Positions 10,329-19,895 of a stretch of 64,000 bases of DNA are shown here, piece after piece; positions within the stretch are counted from its first letter, which is position 1; the number at the start of each line of letters is the position of its first letter. A program made the position numbers and the translations under genes. The stretch is taken from contig OZ253564.1 in the NCBI GenBank assembly GCA_965262915.1, positions 896,001 through 960,000 on the forward strand, written 5' to 3'. The stretch comes from Candidatus Spongiisociaceae bacterium (GTDB taxonomy: Bacteria > Actinomycetota > Acidimicrobiia > Spongiisociales > Spongiisociaceae). Under the pieces are notes generated by a model. The model saw nothing but the letters and a program-made list of their open reading frames with translations. It had not been told where the DNA came from and did not search any database.

Positions 10329-11341
10329 TGACCGCCCGGGTTCGATACATCGAGGCTATCCGGCAGGGGTTGCGGTTCTCCCTGGAGTCCGACCCTTCGG
10401 TTGTCGTGTTGGGCGAGGATGTGCGATACGGAGGACCCTTCGGCGCTACCCGGGGGTTGGCCGACGATTTCGGTAAGGCCCGCATCCTCGACACCCCGAT
10501 CAGCGAGGCCACCGTGATGGGTATGGCAACCGGAGCAGCGACCACCGGTCTGCGACCCGTGGTCGAGATCATGTTCGTCGACTTCGTAACCCTGGCGATG
10601 GACCAGTTGGTCAACCATGCCGCCAAGCTGGGCTTCATGACCGGTGGTGGCCTCCGGGTACCGCTGACTGTCCGGGTCCAGGGTGGTGTCACCGGTCGGT
10701 TCGGTGCCCACCACTCCCAGAGCCTCGAGTCGTGGTTCGTCCATACACCGGGTCTCAAGGTGGTGGCGCCCGCCTTTCCCGGTGACGCCAAGAAACTCCT
10801 CGAGGTAGCGATCGCCGACGACAACCCGGTGGTGTACGTGGAGCACCGGGGTCTGTACTGGAGGAAGGGTGACGTTTCGGGTGATGAGCCCGCATCGGGA
10901 GCGATCGTCCGGCGCTCCGGTGACGATGTGACCCTCATCTCCTACTCGAGGATGGTCCACCAAGCTCTGGAGGCGGCGGATACTCTCTCCGCAGAGGGGA
11001 TCGAGTGCGAGGTGATCGACCTCCGCTGGCTAGCTCCTTTGGATCTGGGACCGGGGCTCGAATCTCTGCACCGCACGGGTCGGGTAGTCGTAGCCCACGA
11101 AGCCGTTACTACGAGCGGGGTGGGGGCTGAGGTGGTCGCCCGTCTGCAGGATGCAGCCTACGGTGAACTGGTCGCCCCGATCGCGCGGGTCGGTGCACCG
11201 TTCGCTCCGGTGGGCGCCGCTCCGGAACTGGAGGACGCGTACCTTCCCGGTAGCGAAGATATCGTAGGGGCGGTTCGTGGGCTACTCGGTCTGGCCGTTC
11301 CCCGAACGGATCGACGAAGGGAGGAAACTCATGATCCCTGA
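10328..11341 (+). CDS. E1 beta subunit (AcoB/PdhB-like), copy 1
   Basis: LGEDV, DTPISE, EIMF.DF, AHHSQS, EVIDLR.L.PLD; TGATG coupling to alpha. Confidence 0.93.
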   Translation: MTARVRYIEAIRQGLRFSLESDPSVVVLGEDVRYGGPFGATRGLADDFGKARILDTPISEATVMGMATGAATTGLRPVVEIMFVDFVTLAMDQLVNHAAKLGFMTGGGLRVPLTVRVQGGVTGRFGAHHSQSLESWFVHTPGLKVVAPAFPGDAKKLLEVAIADDNPVVYVEHRGLYWRKGDVSGDEPASGAIVRRSGDDVTLISYSRMVHQALEAADTLSAEGIECEVIDLRWLAPLDLGPGLESLHRTGRVVVAHEAVTTSGVGAEVVARLQDAAYGELVAPIARVGAPFAPVGAAPELEDAYLPGSEDIVGAVRGLLGLAVPRTDRRREETHDP

Positions 11342-12350
11342 CCTACCCGTTGATCGGCTCGCCGACTACCTGCGCCGGATGCTGGTGATCCGGCGTTTCG
11401 AGGAGGCGCTGATAATGCTGGCCGGCGATTACGACGTCGGTCACTTCCACGTATACATCGGGCAGGAAACCACCGGCGTGGCCGCGTTGGCCCAGCTCGA
11501 GCCGGGAGACCTGGCTTTCACCACCCACAGGAACCACGGCCACCTCCTGGCGAGGGGCACCGATCCGGGGGCCATGTTCGCTGAGATCCTGGGCAAGGGA
11601 ACCGGCACCAACCGTGGCAAGGGAGGCACCCTCCACATCGCCTCGGTCGAGAACGGATTCCCCACCACGTCGGCGGCTACCGGAGGCTGCACGCCGCTGG
11701 CGACCGGCGCCGCTTTCGCATTCTCCCGGCTGGGTAAGGACCGGGTGTCGGTCTGTTTGTTCGGTGACGGGGCTCTCGAGGAGGGCACCTTCCACGAGTC
11801 GATCAACATCGCCGCTCTCGAGTCCCTCCCCGTCATCTACCTGTGCGAGAACAACAGCTTGGAGGCACTCGGTCAGAAGGCCAACGAGTACCCGTCCTCG
11901 ACCATGGCTGCGGCGCCGCTGACCGATCTGGCCGCCGCCTTCAAGGTGCCGACCATCACGGTGGACGGTACCGATGCCGGGGCGGTCCACGATGCGATGG
12001 CCACGGCCATCAGCCGGGCACGCGGCGGCGGGGGACCCACTTTCATAGAAGCCCTCACGGTTCGCTGGCCGGGAAGCCGTCCCCTCTGGCCGCAGCTCCT
12101 GACCGGTCCGACCGACCTCTCCTACGCCTGGGAGGCCTCGGCGGTCCCGGCCGACTACGCGGTCTGGCACACCGAGCAGGACGGCCTGCTCCGGTACGTT
12201 CGGGAACTGGTTGCCGCCGGGGCGCTGACCAGGGACGAGGCCTTGGCGATGGACGAGGAGATCACGGATCAGATGAGGAACGCCGTGCAGTTCGCGCTGG
12301 ACAGCCCGTACCCACCCGCCGCCAGCGCCCTCGAGTCCGTCTACGCATAG
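11331..12350 (+). CDS. Divergent E1 alpha subunit, copy 2
   Basis: GQE, THRNHGH, GKGGTLH, GDGA...ENN; RxxGH loop replaced by RWPGS; GGAGG RBS. Confidence 0.88.
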   Translation: MIPDLPVDRLADYLRRMLVIRRFEEALIMLAGDYDVGHFHVYIGQETTGVAALAQLEPGDLAFTTHRNHGHLLARGTDPGAMFAEILGKGTGTNRGKGGTLHIASVENGFPTTSAATGGCTPLATGAAFAFSRLGKDRVSVCLFGDGALEEGTFHESINIAALESLPVIYLCENNSLEALGQKANEYPSSTMAAAPLTDLAAAFKVPTITVDGTDAGAVHDAMATAISRARGGGGPTFIEALTVRWPGSRPLWPQLLTGPTDLSYAWEASAVPADYAVWHTEQDGLLRYVRELVAAGALTRDEALAMDEEITDQMRNAVQFALDSPYPPAASALESVYA

Positions 12351-12430
12351 TGGTGTGTCTGTGAAATGGCGATGTGGCATGCAGGACACGGCGAATCACT
12401 CTTGCGGACGTACCACTAGGGAGGATGGGA

Positions 12431-13417
12431 ATGCGTGAAATGCTCTACGCCGAGGCGCTGGTCGAGTCGTTGCGTCACCAGCTGGCAACCGACGAGCGGG
12501 TCCACCTGATGGGCCTCTACTTCCTTGGTCTCACCAAGCACCGGGAGATCATGGCGCGCCTGCATGCGGACTATCCGGGCCGGGTATACCACCCACCCAT
12601 CGCTGAGGTGGGGTACGTGGGTGTGGCGATAGGCGCCGCGGTAGCCGGGTTGAGACCGATCGTCGACATCGCCACCGCCAGCTTCATCTTCCAGGCCTTC
12701 CCCCAGATCGTGAACGAGGCGGCCAACATCCACTACATGTCCGGCGGGGCCACGAAGGTGCCGATGATCTTCCACTTCAACCACGGGATCCGGGGCGGGG
12801 GGGCAGCCCAGCACTCGCACAGCCCGCAGGCGATGCTGTGGAACACGCCGGGGTTGGAGATAATGGCCCCCTCCACTCCCCGGGACGTCAAGGGCTTGGT
12901 CAACACCGCTGCCGCATCCGGCAATCCGACCGCCTGGGTGGATCATGTGCGCCTGTTCGACACCCGGGGACCCGTTCCCGACGACGAGGACTTCTCGATC
13001 CCCTTCGGGGTGGCGGATGTCAAGCGCACGGGCGGGGACGTGACCCTGTTCGCGTCGTCCTGGATGGTGCAGCGCGCCCTTGAGGCGGCGGAGACCCTGA
13101 GCGCGGAAGGTATCGAAGCGGAGGTGATCGACCCCCGGACACTTTCCCCGCTGGACGAGCAGGCGATCCTCGAATCGGTCGCCAAGACCGGACGCCTGGT
13201 GGTGGTGGACGAATGCCACCGCCGGTGTGGCGTGGCCGCCGAGATCATGGCGGTGGTCACGGAAAACGCCTTCGGAGATCTGGTGGCGCCTCCGGTGAGG
13301 GTGACGACGGCGGATGTGCCCGTACCGTTCAGCCCCCCGCTGGAGCAGCACATAGAACCGACCACCGACAAGATCGTCGCCGCCGTGCAGGTGGTAGTCG
13401 GCGCCACTGCGGGGTAG
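12431..13417 (+). CDS. Divergent E1 beta subunit, copy 2
   Basis: PPIAE, AQHSHS, EVIDPRTL.PLD, KTGRLVVVDE; GED motif replaced by GLY; GGAGG RBS. Confidence 0.88.
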   Translation: MREMLYAEALVESLRHQLATDERVHLMGLYFLGLTKHREIMARLHADYPGRVYHPPIAEVGYVGVAIGAAVAGLRPIVDIATASFIFQAFPQIVNEAANIHYMSGGATKVPMIFHFNHGIRGGGAAQHSHSPQAMLWNTPGLEIMAPSTPRDVKGLVNTAAASGNPTAWVDHVRLFDTRGPVPDDEDFSIPFGVADVKRTGGDVTLFASSWMVQRALEAAETLSAEGIEAEVIDPRTLSPLDEQAILESVAKTGRLVVVDECHRRCGVAAEIMAVVTENAFGDLVAPPVRVTTADVPVPFSPPLEQHIEPTTDKIVAAVQVVVGATAG

Positions 13418-13647
13418 GCGAGCCTGGAACCCGAGCGGATAGGCAGTCTTAACCCCGGCCAAGGGTCGTCGAAGAGTGGTGTCTGTGCTGTGGTCGAGGA
13501 TTTCGGCCGGTTCGGAGGAGCTGTCAAGCCTCCATGTAGCCTCTGGTCAGCGTTCCCTCGGGTGAAGAGGAGTTGGACGACCGGCGTGACGCCTGATGGA
13601 TACCTGCACCAACGCATGGAGCGTCCTTCCGGAAGAGCTTGCTCGTG

Positions 13648-15900
13648 ATGGACTTGGGCCACGTCTCGGTGCGGCTGGAGGACCGACCGCTGATCACCGG
13701 CGCCGGTCGATATGTGGGCGATCTGGTGGACGCCGATACGCTCCACTGTGCATTCGTCCGTAGCCCGGTCGCCCATGGCAATCCGGCGCCACCGGATCTC
13801 GCCGATGTCCGGGACCTTCCGGGTGTCGTCGCCGTCTTCGGCGCCGACGATCTCGACTTGCCGGATATGCCGTCGTCGCCCGGCCCCGGAGCGCCGGAGG
13901 CCGCCGGTATGGGTCAGCCGCCACTGGCCCGCGACCGTGTGCGTCACGTAGGAGATCCGATCGCGGTCGTGGTCGCCGAGTCGGCTGTGCAGGCAGTGGA
14001 CGCCGCAGACATGGTGTGGGTCGACGTTGAAGAGCTTCCGGCCACCGATGTCGTATCCGCACGGGCCGACGAAGTGTTGCTGTTTCCCGAGAGCGGCACG
14101 AACGTGGTGCATCGCTCAACCATCAGGACCGAAGGGCCTCGTCCCGCCGTCGAGATCGAAGTATTCGTCGAGATAGACATCCCGAGGCTCTCGCCTGTGA
14201 CCATCGAGCCCCTAGCCATCCTCGTGCGTCCGGTGGGCCAAGGACTCGAGGTGTGGTGTGGCCATCAGACGCCTGCCGGTTTTCCGGACCAACTCGGAGC
14301 GATGCTGGGCATCGACCCGTCGACGATCAGGGCCAGGGTGCCGGACGTCGGTGGTGGCTTCGGTGCGAAGGGCCAGTTCTACCCGGAGTATCCGGTCGTC
14401 GCGGCCATCGCTCATGGCCTGGGCAGACCGACGGTCTGGCTGCAGAGCCGGACCGAGCAGCTCATGTGCGGCACGCACGGTCGAGCCCAGCACATCACGA
14501 TGCGGATCGGTGGCGACCGTGACGGGCGAATCCGTTACCTCTTGGCTGATGTGGTGGGCGATGCGGGGGCCTACCCGAGCGCCGGAGCGCGTGTCCCGCT
14601 CTTCACCCGGTCCGTGATCCAGGGCCCCTACGACATCGAGCATCTCGAAGCCACCGCAACAGCGGTGGTCACCAACCGGGCGCCGACCGGTCCGTACCGT
14701 GGCGCCGGCAGGCCGGAGGCAGCCATCGCTATCGAACGCGCCGTGGACGCGTTCGCGGTGGCCGTCGGGCTGCTGCCCGAGCACGTTCGGAAGCGTAACT
14801 TCGTCGATCCGGCCGATTTTCCGTATACGAGTCACACCGGGTCGATCTACGACTCCGGCGACTACGTGGCCGCTCTGGAATTGGCCCTCGAGACGGCCGA
14901 TGTCGGCCGGTGGCGGCGCCTCAAGGAGAAGCGGCGAGCCGATGGCGGGGATCCGATCGGCATCGGTATCGGCTCGTTCATCGAACGCGCCGGGGGTGCG
15001 GTCGGTTCCGGCGAGTACGGGAAGGTCGAGCTCCTGCCCGACGGCGGCGTTGTCGTCCGAACCGGATCCACCGCAGCCGGCCAGGGACATCGGACGGTCT
15101 GGTCCCAGATCGCCGCCGGCGTCTTGTCCGTTCCTGTCCAGCGTGTGACCTTCTACGCGGGCGATACCGGTGAAGTGGCAGGCGGCGTCGGCAGCTTCGC
15201 TAGCCGTTCCGCCCAGTTGGGAGGAACGGCGATCCTACGAACCGCCCGCGAGGTACGGGCCCGGGCCGCCGCGGTGGCCGCCGGCATGCTCGAGGCGTCA
15301 GAGGCGGACCTTGTTCTGGTGGACGGGAGCTTCGGCGTCGTCGGCTCGCCGGGCGCGGGGGTCACGCTCGCCGAGGTGGCGGCCGAGGCAAGAGCCGCCG
15401 GTGTCGAGCTTGCCGCCGAGGAGATGTACGTAGGCAAGGCGCAAACCTTTCCCTTCGGCAGTTACGTGGCGGTGGTCGAGGTCGAGCGTGAGACGGGCCA
15501 AGTCGGGCTTCTGTTGCTCGTCGCGGTCGATGACTGCGGCAACGTGCTCAACCCGATGATCGTTGAGGGTCAGGTGCATGGCTCGATCATGCAGGGGATC
15601 GGCGAGGCGCTGCTGGAGGAGATCGTCTACGACGCCGACGGTCAGCCGATGAACAGCAACATGACGGGATATCTGGTACCCACGGCTACCCAGCCTTTCC
15701 CGCTGACGATCCTGCGGACGACCACTCCGGCGCCCGGCAATCCTCTCGGGGTCAAGGGAACAGGCGAGGCCGGCTGTATCGGCACTCCGGCAGCAATCCT
15801 CAACGCGGTGCACGACGCGTTGCGTGAAGACGGGGTAATGGCCTTGAGCCTCCCTCTCACTCCGGCCCGGGTGTGGGCGGCGATCCGATCAGTCGGATAG
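13648..15900 (+). CDS. Xanthine dehydrogenase-family molybdopterin-binding large subunit (CoxL form II-like)
   Basis: R.ED..L.TG.G.Y..D, VGGGFG.K, PYRGAGRPE, GQGH.T, GSFASRS, NP.IVEGQ.HG, KG.GE.G; start could be 13639-13648. Confidence 0.92.
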   Translation: MDLGHVSVRLEDRPLITGAGRYVGDLVDADTLHCAFVRSPVAHGNPAPPDLADVRDLPGVVAVFGADDLDLPDMPSSPGPGAPEAAGMGQPPLARDRVRHVGDPIAVVVAESAVQAVDAADMVWVDVEELPATDVVSARADEVLLFPESGTNVVHRSTIRTEGPRPAVEIEVFVEIDIPRLSPVTIEPLAILVRPVGQGLEVWCGHQTPAGFPDQLGAMLGIDPSTIRARVPDVGGGFGAKGQFYPEYPVVAAIAHGLGRPTVWLQSRTEQLMCGTHGRAQHITMRIGGDRDGRIRYLLADVVGDAGAYPSAGARVPLFTRSVIQGPYDIEHLEATATAVVTNRAPTGPYRGAGRPEAAIAIERAVDAFAVAVGLLPEHVRKRNFVDPADFPYTSHTGSIYDSGDYVAALELALETADVGRWRRLKEKRRADGGDPIGIGIGSFIERAGGAVGSGEYGKVELLPDGGVVVRTGSTAAGQGHRTVWSQIAAGVLSVPVQRVTFYAGDTGEVAGGVGSFASRSAQLGGTAILRTAREVRARAAAVAAGMLEASEADLVLVDGSFGVVGSPGAGVTLAEVAAEARAAGVELAAEEMYVGKAQTFPFGSYVAVVEVERETGQVGLLLLVAVDDCGNVLNPMIVEGQVHGSIMQGIGEALLEEIVYDADGQPMNSNMTGYLVPTATQPFPLTILRTTTPAPGNPLGVKGTGEAGCIGTPAAILNAVHDALREDGVMALSLPLTPARVWAAIRSVG

Positions 15901-15980
15901 TCGAGGCGAGTGCCGTGCCCAACAGTGGGACGGCTCTCACGATCGCCCCAAGGCGGGTGGGCGGCTCGTTCAGTGGCCCT

Positions 15981-16030
15981 TTACCTGTCCTCGTCCAAGA
16001 CGCGCAGCACGATCTTGCCGACGTTGGGTC
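15981..16030 (-). pseudogene. Orphan 3' tail of an MDR dehydrogenase (PNVGKIVLRVLDEDR*)
   Basis: Homologous to the end of 37275..38339 (RNVGKIVLRVSGKGG*); 21 bp identical and stop codon at the same spacing. Confidence 0.8.
16006..16026 (+). repeat. 21-bp direct repeat AGCACGATCTTGCCGACGTTG (left copy)
   Basis: Identical to 37300-37320. Confidence 0.9.
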
Positions 16031-16031
16031 G

Positions 16032-16151
16032 GGTATCGAGGCGGAGGTGATCGATCCCCGCACCTTGTCCCCGCTGGAGCAGCACATAGAGCCGAGGACC
16101 GACAAGATTATCGCAGCCGCGCGAGCGGCTGCGCGCGTGACCTCCGGTTGA
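16032..16151 (+). pseudogene. Internally deleted remnant of an E1 beta copy 2 homolog
   Basis: GIEAEVIDPRTLSPL fused to EQHIEPRTDKIIAAA; matches 13109-13155 joined to 13335-13417. Confidence 0.85.
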
Positions 16152-16535
16152 CGGGACTGCAAGACGAGCGGACTCGGTCTCGTAACTCCTCCGCAGACCA
16201 GTTCATCGCGAGAGTATCGACGGAGCCGCATGGAATGTAGTACCATATACCCGCCCGGTCTAGAACCGGACATCGTACGGCAGTCCGAGGCATCATGATT
16301 CGGAACTGAGCGAGCCTGCCGGAGCGCCACACCGAACAGCGTGACGCAGCTGCTCACCTCAAGATCACGAACCCTTTCTCGGGCGATGGTCCCACACGCG
16401 CCGGCATCTTGAAATCACAACGGCCGCACCCGGACGACTCCCCGGGTGATTCCAGCCAGGCCTCAAGCTTTCTTCAAGGAGCTCAAAGCCACCCGGCCTT
16501 GGCTATTTCGCGCGCCGCTAGGTCTTACAACATGA

Positions 16536-16578
16536 TGTGTCAAAACGGTTGACACAGTTCTGTGGCTGTGGGTAAGCT
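16536..16578 (+). promoter_or_regulatory. Putative promoter (TTGACA-18-TAAGCT) overlapped by palindrome TGTGTCAA-N5-TTGACACA
   Basis: Perfect 8-bp inverted repeat 16536-16556 containing a consensus -35, upstream of the SBP start at 16615. Confidence 0.55.
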
Positions 16579-16614
16579 GCGATATGAGGGCGTTCGGCAC
16601 CAAGGGAGGGCAGC

Positions 16615-18000
16615 ATGGCCAAAGAGCTTAACTCTGGCAAAATCGGTAAAAGGACGGTGGGGGACTTCGTCCGGCTTCCACTGCGACGACGATGGCTGGC
16701 GGCAGTTGTCGTTATCGCTGGCCTCGCGGCGGTAATTACCGCATGTGGTGACGACGAGGAAGTCGAACCCACGCCTACGACGGCCGCGCCGGCCGCGACA
16801 ACGGCCGCGCCGCCCGCTACGACCGCGGGGCTTTCGGGAACTGTCACGATGATGCGGGGGCCATTTAGTGCGGACGATACGGTTTGGGAGGATCCGCTTG
16901 TCGCCGCATTCAATGCGAACCACCCCGGTGTAGAGATAATCAATACCACCTATGATTGGGCTGCCGCAGACGCGGAAATCGCAGCTGCCTTTGCCAGTGG
17001 TTCACCCCCAGATATCATTTACCTTCCTGACCAATGGTATGGCCAGTACGCGGTGGCCGGTCAACTGGAACCGATCACAGCCCTCGTTAACGACCCCGCA
17101 TTTGCCGACGACTACGCTGCGATTCCTCAGGCTTTCTGGGACGTAGCGACTATCGATGGTGAGGTTTACGGTGTTCCGGCCCTCGGAGTTGTCTTCCCGA
17201 TCTTTGTCAACCTTGACCTGTTGGAGGAGGCTGGCGTGGCAGATACTTGGGATGACTCCTATGAAGCACTCGCTGATGCTGCACGCAAACTGACTACGGA
17301 TGAGGTTTGGGGATTCTCATTCAGGTCTGAATTTATTGACGCTGGATACTGGGATTGGTTTCCCTACATCCAGAATGCAGGCGGCAACGTGCTAAACGAC
17401 GATTGGAGCGCTTGTGGCTTTAACAATCCTGAAGTGGTCACAGGTGTCCAATTCCTGATCGACACCATTGAGGAGGGAATAGCGCTCCCACCCGGCGAAT
17501 ACGACTGGGCTGGTCAAAAGGCTCTGTTCTCGGCAGGTAAGATTGCCATCAACCATAACGAGGGGTCGTTCATCAACGAGCTCCTCACAAACGACCCGGG
17601 CTTCCGATGGGATGTTCGTCCCGCACCGCCCGGACCAGTGACACAAACAATGATGGGTAATTTCGGCTTCTTGTTCATCTCCTCGGCGAGTGAAAACAAG
17701 GAGGCTGCCTGGGAATACATCAAACACTGGACATCTGCGGAAGAGGCTGCGGCATACACTGAGGCGAACAGTCTCTTCTCTATACGATCTGATCTCGTCA
17801 ATCCGTATGCCGATAACCCGTTGATGGCACGAGTGCTACATGACTACGTCCCGATGGTTAAGGGGATTCAGGCTCACCCGAGGATGCGTGAGATCCTGAA
17901 TACCATCTGGCCCACGTTCAGCGCTGCATATCGTGGCCAATACACGGCTCAGGAGGCGGTCGACAAGGCGTGTGCAGATATGGCGAGCCTTTTGGGTTAG
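16615..18000 (+). CDS. Carbohydrate-type ABC substrate-binding lipoprotein
   Basis: Signal peptide with ITAC lipobox, TTAAP linker, PDI, YGVP, N.DLL..AG, F.AGK.A motifs; GGGAGG RBS. Confidence 0.92.
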   Translation: MAKELNSGKIGKRTVGDFVRLPLRRRWLAAVVVIAGLAAVITACGDDEEVEPTPTTAAPAATTAAPPATTAGLSGTVTMMRGPFSADDTVWEDPLVAAFNANHPGVEIINTTYDWAAADAEIAAAFASGSPPDIIYLPDQWYGQYAVAGQLEPITALVNDPAFADDYAAIPQAFWDVATIDGEVYGVPALGVVFPIFVNLDLLEEAGVADTWDDSYEALADAARKLTTDEVWGFSFRSEFIDAGYWDWFPYIQNAGGNVLNDDWSACGFNNPEVVTGVQFLIDTIEEGIALPPGEYDWAGQKALFSAGKIAINHNEGSFINELLTNDPGFRWDVRPAPPGPVTQTMMGNFGFLFISSASENKEAAWEYIKHWTSAEEAAAYTEANSLFSIRSDLVNPYADNPLMARVLHDYVPMVKGIQAHPRMREILNTIWPTFSAAYRGQYTAQEAVDKACADMASLLG

Positions 18001-18984
18001 ATGGATTCAATCTCCGACAGCGTTGTACAGTCAAATACAAGAGCAACCCCGCCGGTTGACCCCGGCGGGGTCGCTCTTCGGTTGACCCCGCAGCAACATG
18101 AACGCCTTGCACGGAAGTACCGGGTACGACGCTGGATTGTAGGCTACGCCTTCATCGCGCCGATTCTGTTCTTCTTCGCACTATTCATGATCGTACCGAT
18201 CGGATGGGTTGTGTACGGAAGCTTCCAACAGGGTGGTATCATCACTCCGAGTGAGTTCGTTGGTCTTGAAAACTGGCAATCGGTTTTTGGCGACGAGCTT
18301 GTCAGGACGACGGTCAGGAACACCGGGTTCTTTGCGTTGCTTGCGATTCCGGGAGTGATCGTCGTCGGCCTCGTTCTGGCCCTCGCTCTCTTGAGAATTC
18401 AAAGGGGAGAATCCGTCTTCCGAGCAGGAATCTTCTTTCCTGTATTGGCTCCTCCTGTAATCGGAGCGCTGATGTTCTTGTTCGTGCTGCATCCGGACTT
18501 TGGTGCTGTTACATTGGCGATGCGTACGGTTGGTCTTTCCTCGCCTTCCTGGCTAGGGGATCCGGCGTACGCTTTGCCGAGTGTCGCCGCGTTTGAGATT
18601 TGGCGGGGCGCTGGGTTCTATGCTCTCGTCTTCCTTGCGGGATTGTTGGCCCTGCCGAAAGAGCTTTATCACGCTGCGGCGCTTGACGGTGCCAATACCA
18701 TTCGTCGTTTCTGGCACGTTACTTTGCCGCTCCTCAAACCGACCGCTCAATTCGTGCTGGTAATGGCGACTATTTGGAACCTGCAGCTGTTCGATTCTGT
18801 CTTCGTGTTGACTGATGGTGGTCCGGTGAACAGGACTGTCACGGTTGTCATGTATGTATATCGGAGTCTCTTTGCCTTTGGGAATGTCGGCTTTGGCTAC
18901 GCTCTCTCCATGGTGCTTCTCATCGTGATCCTTGGAGTATCGCTTGTTCAGTTCCGCCTTCTACGGTCGCGAAGATCATCATGA
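18001..18984 (+). CDS. Carbohydrate ABC permease (MalF-like); true start may be further downstream
   Basis: FVGL.N, LY.AAALDGA....FW.VTLPLL EAA loop, GGP...T; a GC hairpin at about 18046-18070 lies in the 5' part. Confidence 0.92.
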   Translation: MDSISDSVVQSNTRATPPVDPGGVALRLTPQQHERLARKYRVRRWIVGYAFIAPILFFFALFMIVPIGWVVYGSFQQGGIITPSEFVGLENWQSVFGDELVRTTVRNTGFFALLAIPGVIVVGLVLALALLRIQRGESVFRAGIFFPVLAPPVIGALMFLFVLHPDFGAVTLAMRTVGLSSPSWLGDPAYALPSVAAFEIWRGAGFYALVFLAGLLALPKELYHAAALDGANTIRRFWHVTLPLLKPTAQFVLVMATIWNLQLFDSVFVLTDGGPVNRTVTVVMYVYRSLFAFGNVGFGYALSMVLLIVILGVSLVQFRLLRSRRSS

Positions 18985-19895
18985 GGCAGACACAAACTCG
19001 GGCTTCAAGCAATGACACCGATCGCACTCGATGGCCGATTATGACCCCCCCGGGACTCGCTTTCAGGAAGGGCCGCGTAGCGTCGCGTATGACGGCCTAC
19101 TCTATATTGATAATAGCGTCCATTGTTATGGTCGGACCGCTCTTCTATATAGTGTCGACTTCGATTAAGAAGACAACACAGTTGTTTGCGTATCCTCCCG
19201 ACTGGCTTCCCGAGGTTCTATTCTGGGGGAACTACTCGACTCTCCTCGGATCAGATAGTCTTTTCCTAAGGTGGACCCTAAACACACTCCTCGTGGCTGG
19301 AGTTGTTACTGTCCTCAAAGTTATTATTGACTCGATGGCCGGTTACGCCTTCGCCAAGATAGAGTTTCCGGGGAGGAGGATTCTGTTTATCCTCATCCTC
19401 GCAGTCGTCATGGTACCTACTTCGGCAGTCATTATACCGTTGTTCCTTCTCGTTCGGGGAATGGGACTCCTTGACACCTACTGGGCGTTGATACTTCCAC
19501 CTCTAGCTAATCCGGTAGGTGTGTTCTTGATGAGAAACTACATCCAATCTTTGCCACGTGATCTTGAGAACTCGGCTCGACTCGATGGGTGTTCGGAGTT
19601 CAGTGTCTACTTCAGGATCATACTACCCTTGGTTAAGCCGGGCCTAGTCGTACTAGGAATTCTCACCTTTCTTGCTCAGTACACAGCATTCCTATGGCCG
19701 CTGCTGGCTGTTCAAGATGAAAAGCTCCAGGTATTGACTACAGGTGTGGCGGAGATGAAAGCAAGTATCTTTACCATTGATTGGGGGCTCGTCTCCGCCG
19801 CGAGTGTCCTCTCTATGGTTCCGATCACCATTATGTTTTTCATGTTCCAACGGTACTTCAGTGGTGGATCGATAGCAGGAGCGTTGAAGCAATGA
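18981..19895 (+). CDS. Carbohydrate ABC permease (MalG-like)
   Basis: AGYAFAK..FPG, LP.DLE.SARLDG EAA loop, QRYF..G...GA.K. Confidence 0.93.
   Translation: MRQTQTRASSNDTDRTRWPIMTPPGLAFRKGRVASRMTAYSILIIASIVMVGPLFYIVSTSIKKTTQLFAYPPDWLPEVLFWGNYSTLLGSDSLFLRWTLNTLLVAGVVTVLKVIIDSMAGYAFAKIEFPGRRILFILILAVVMVPTSAVIIPLFLLVRGMGLLDTYWALILPPLANPVGVFLMRNYIQSLPRDLENSARLDGCSEFSVYFRIILPLVKPGLVVLGILTFLAQYTAFLWPLLAVQDEKLQVLTTGVAEMKASIFTIDWGLVSAASVLSMVPITIMFFMFQRYFSGGSIAGALKQ

Noticed and set aside
9369-13417. Housekeeping pyruvate dehydrogenase (pdhAB)
   Set aside because: No E2/E3, accessory context and divergent motifs; gene symbols withheld.
13648-15900. Aerobic CO dehydrogenase (coxL form I)
   Set aside because: Active-site loop is PYRGAGR, not AYxCSFR, and no coxMS or accessory genes are present.
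16770-16830. Short repeats in SBP genes (also about 53620-53700) as a possible array
   Set aside because: They encode ordinary Thr/Ala/Pro lipoprotein linkers; no spacers.
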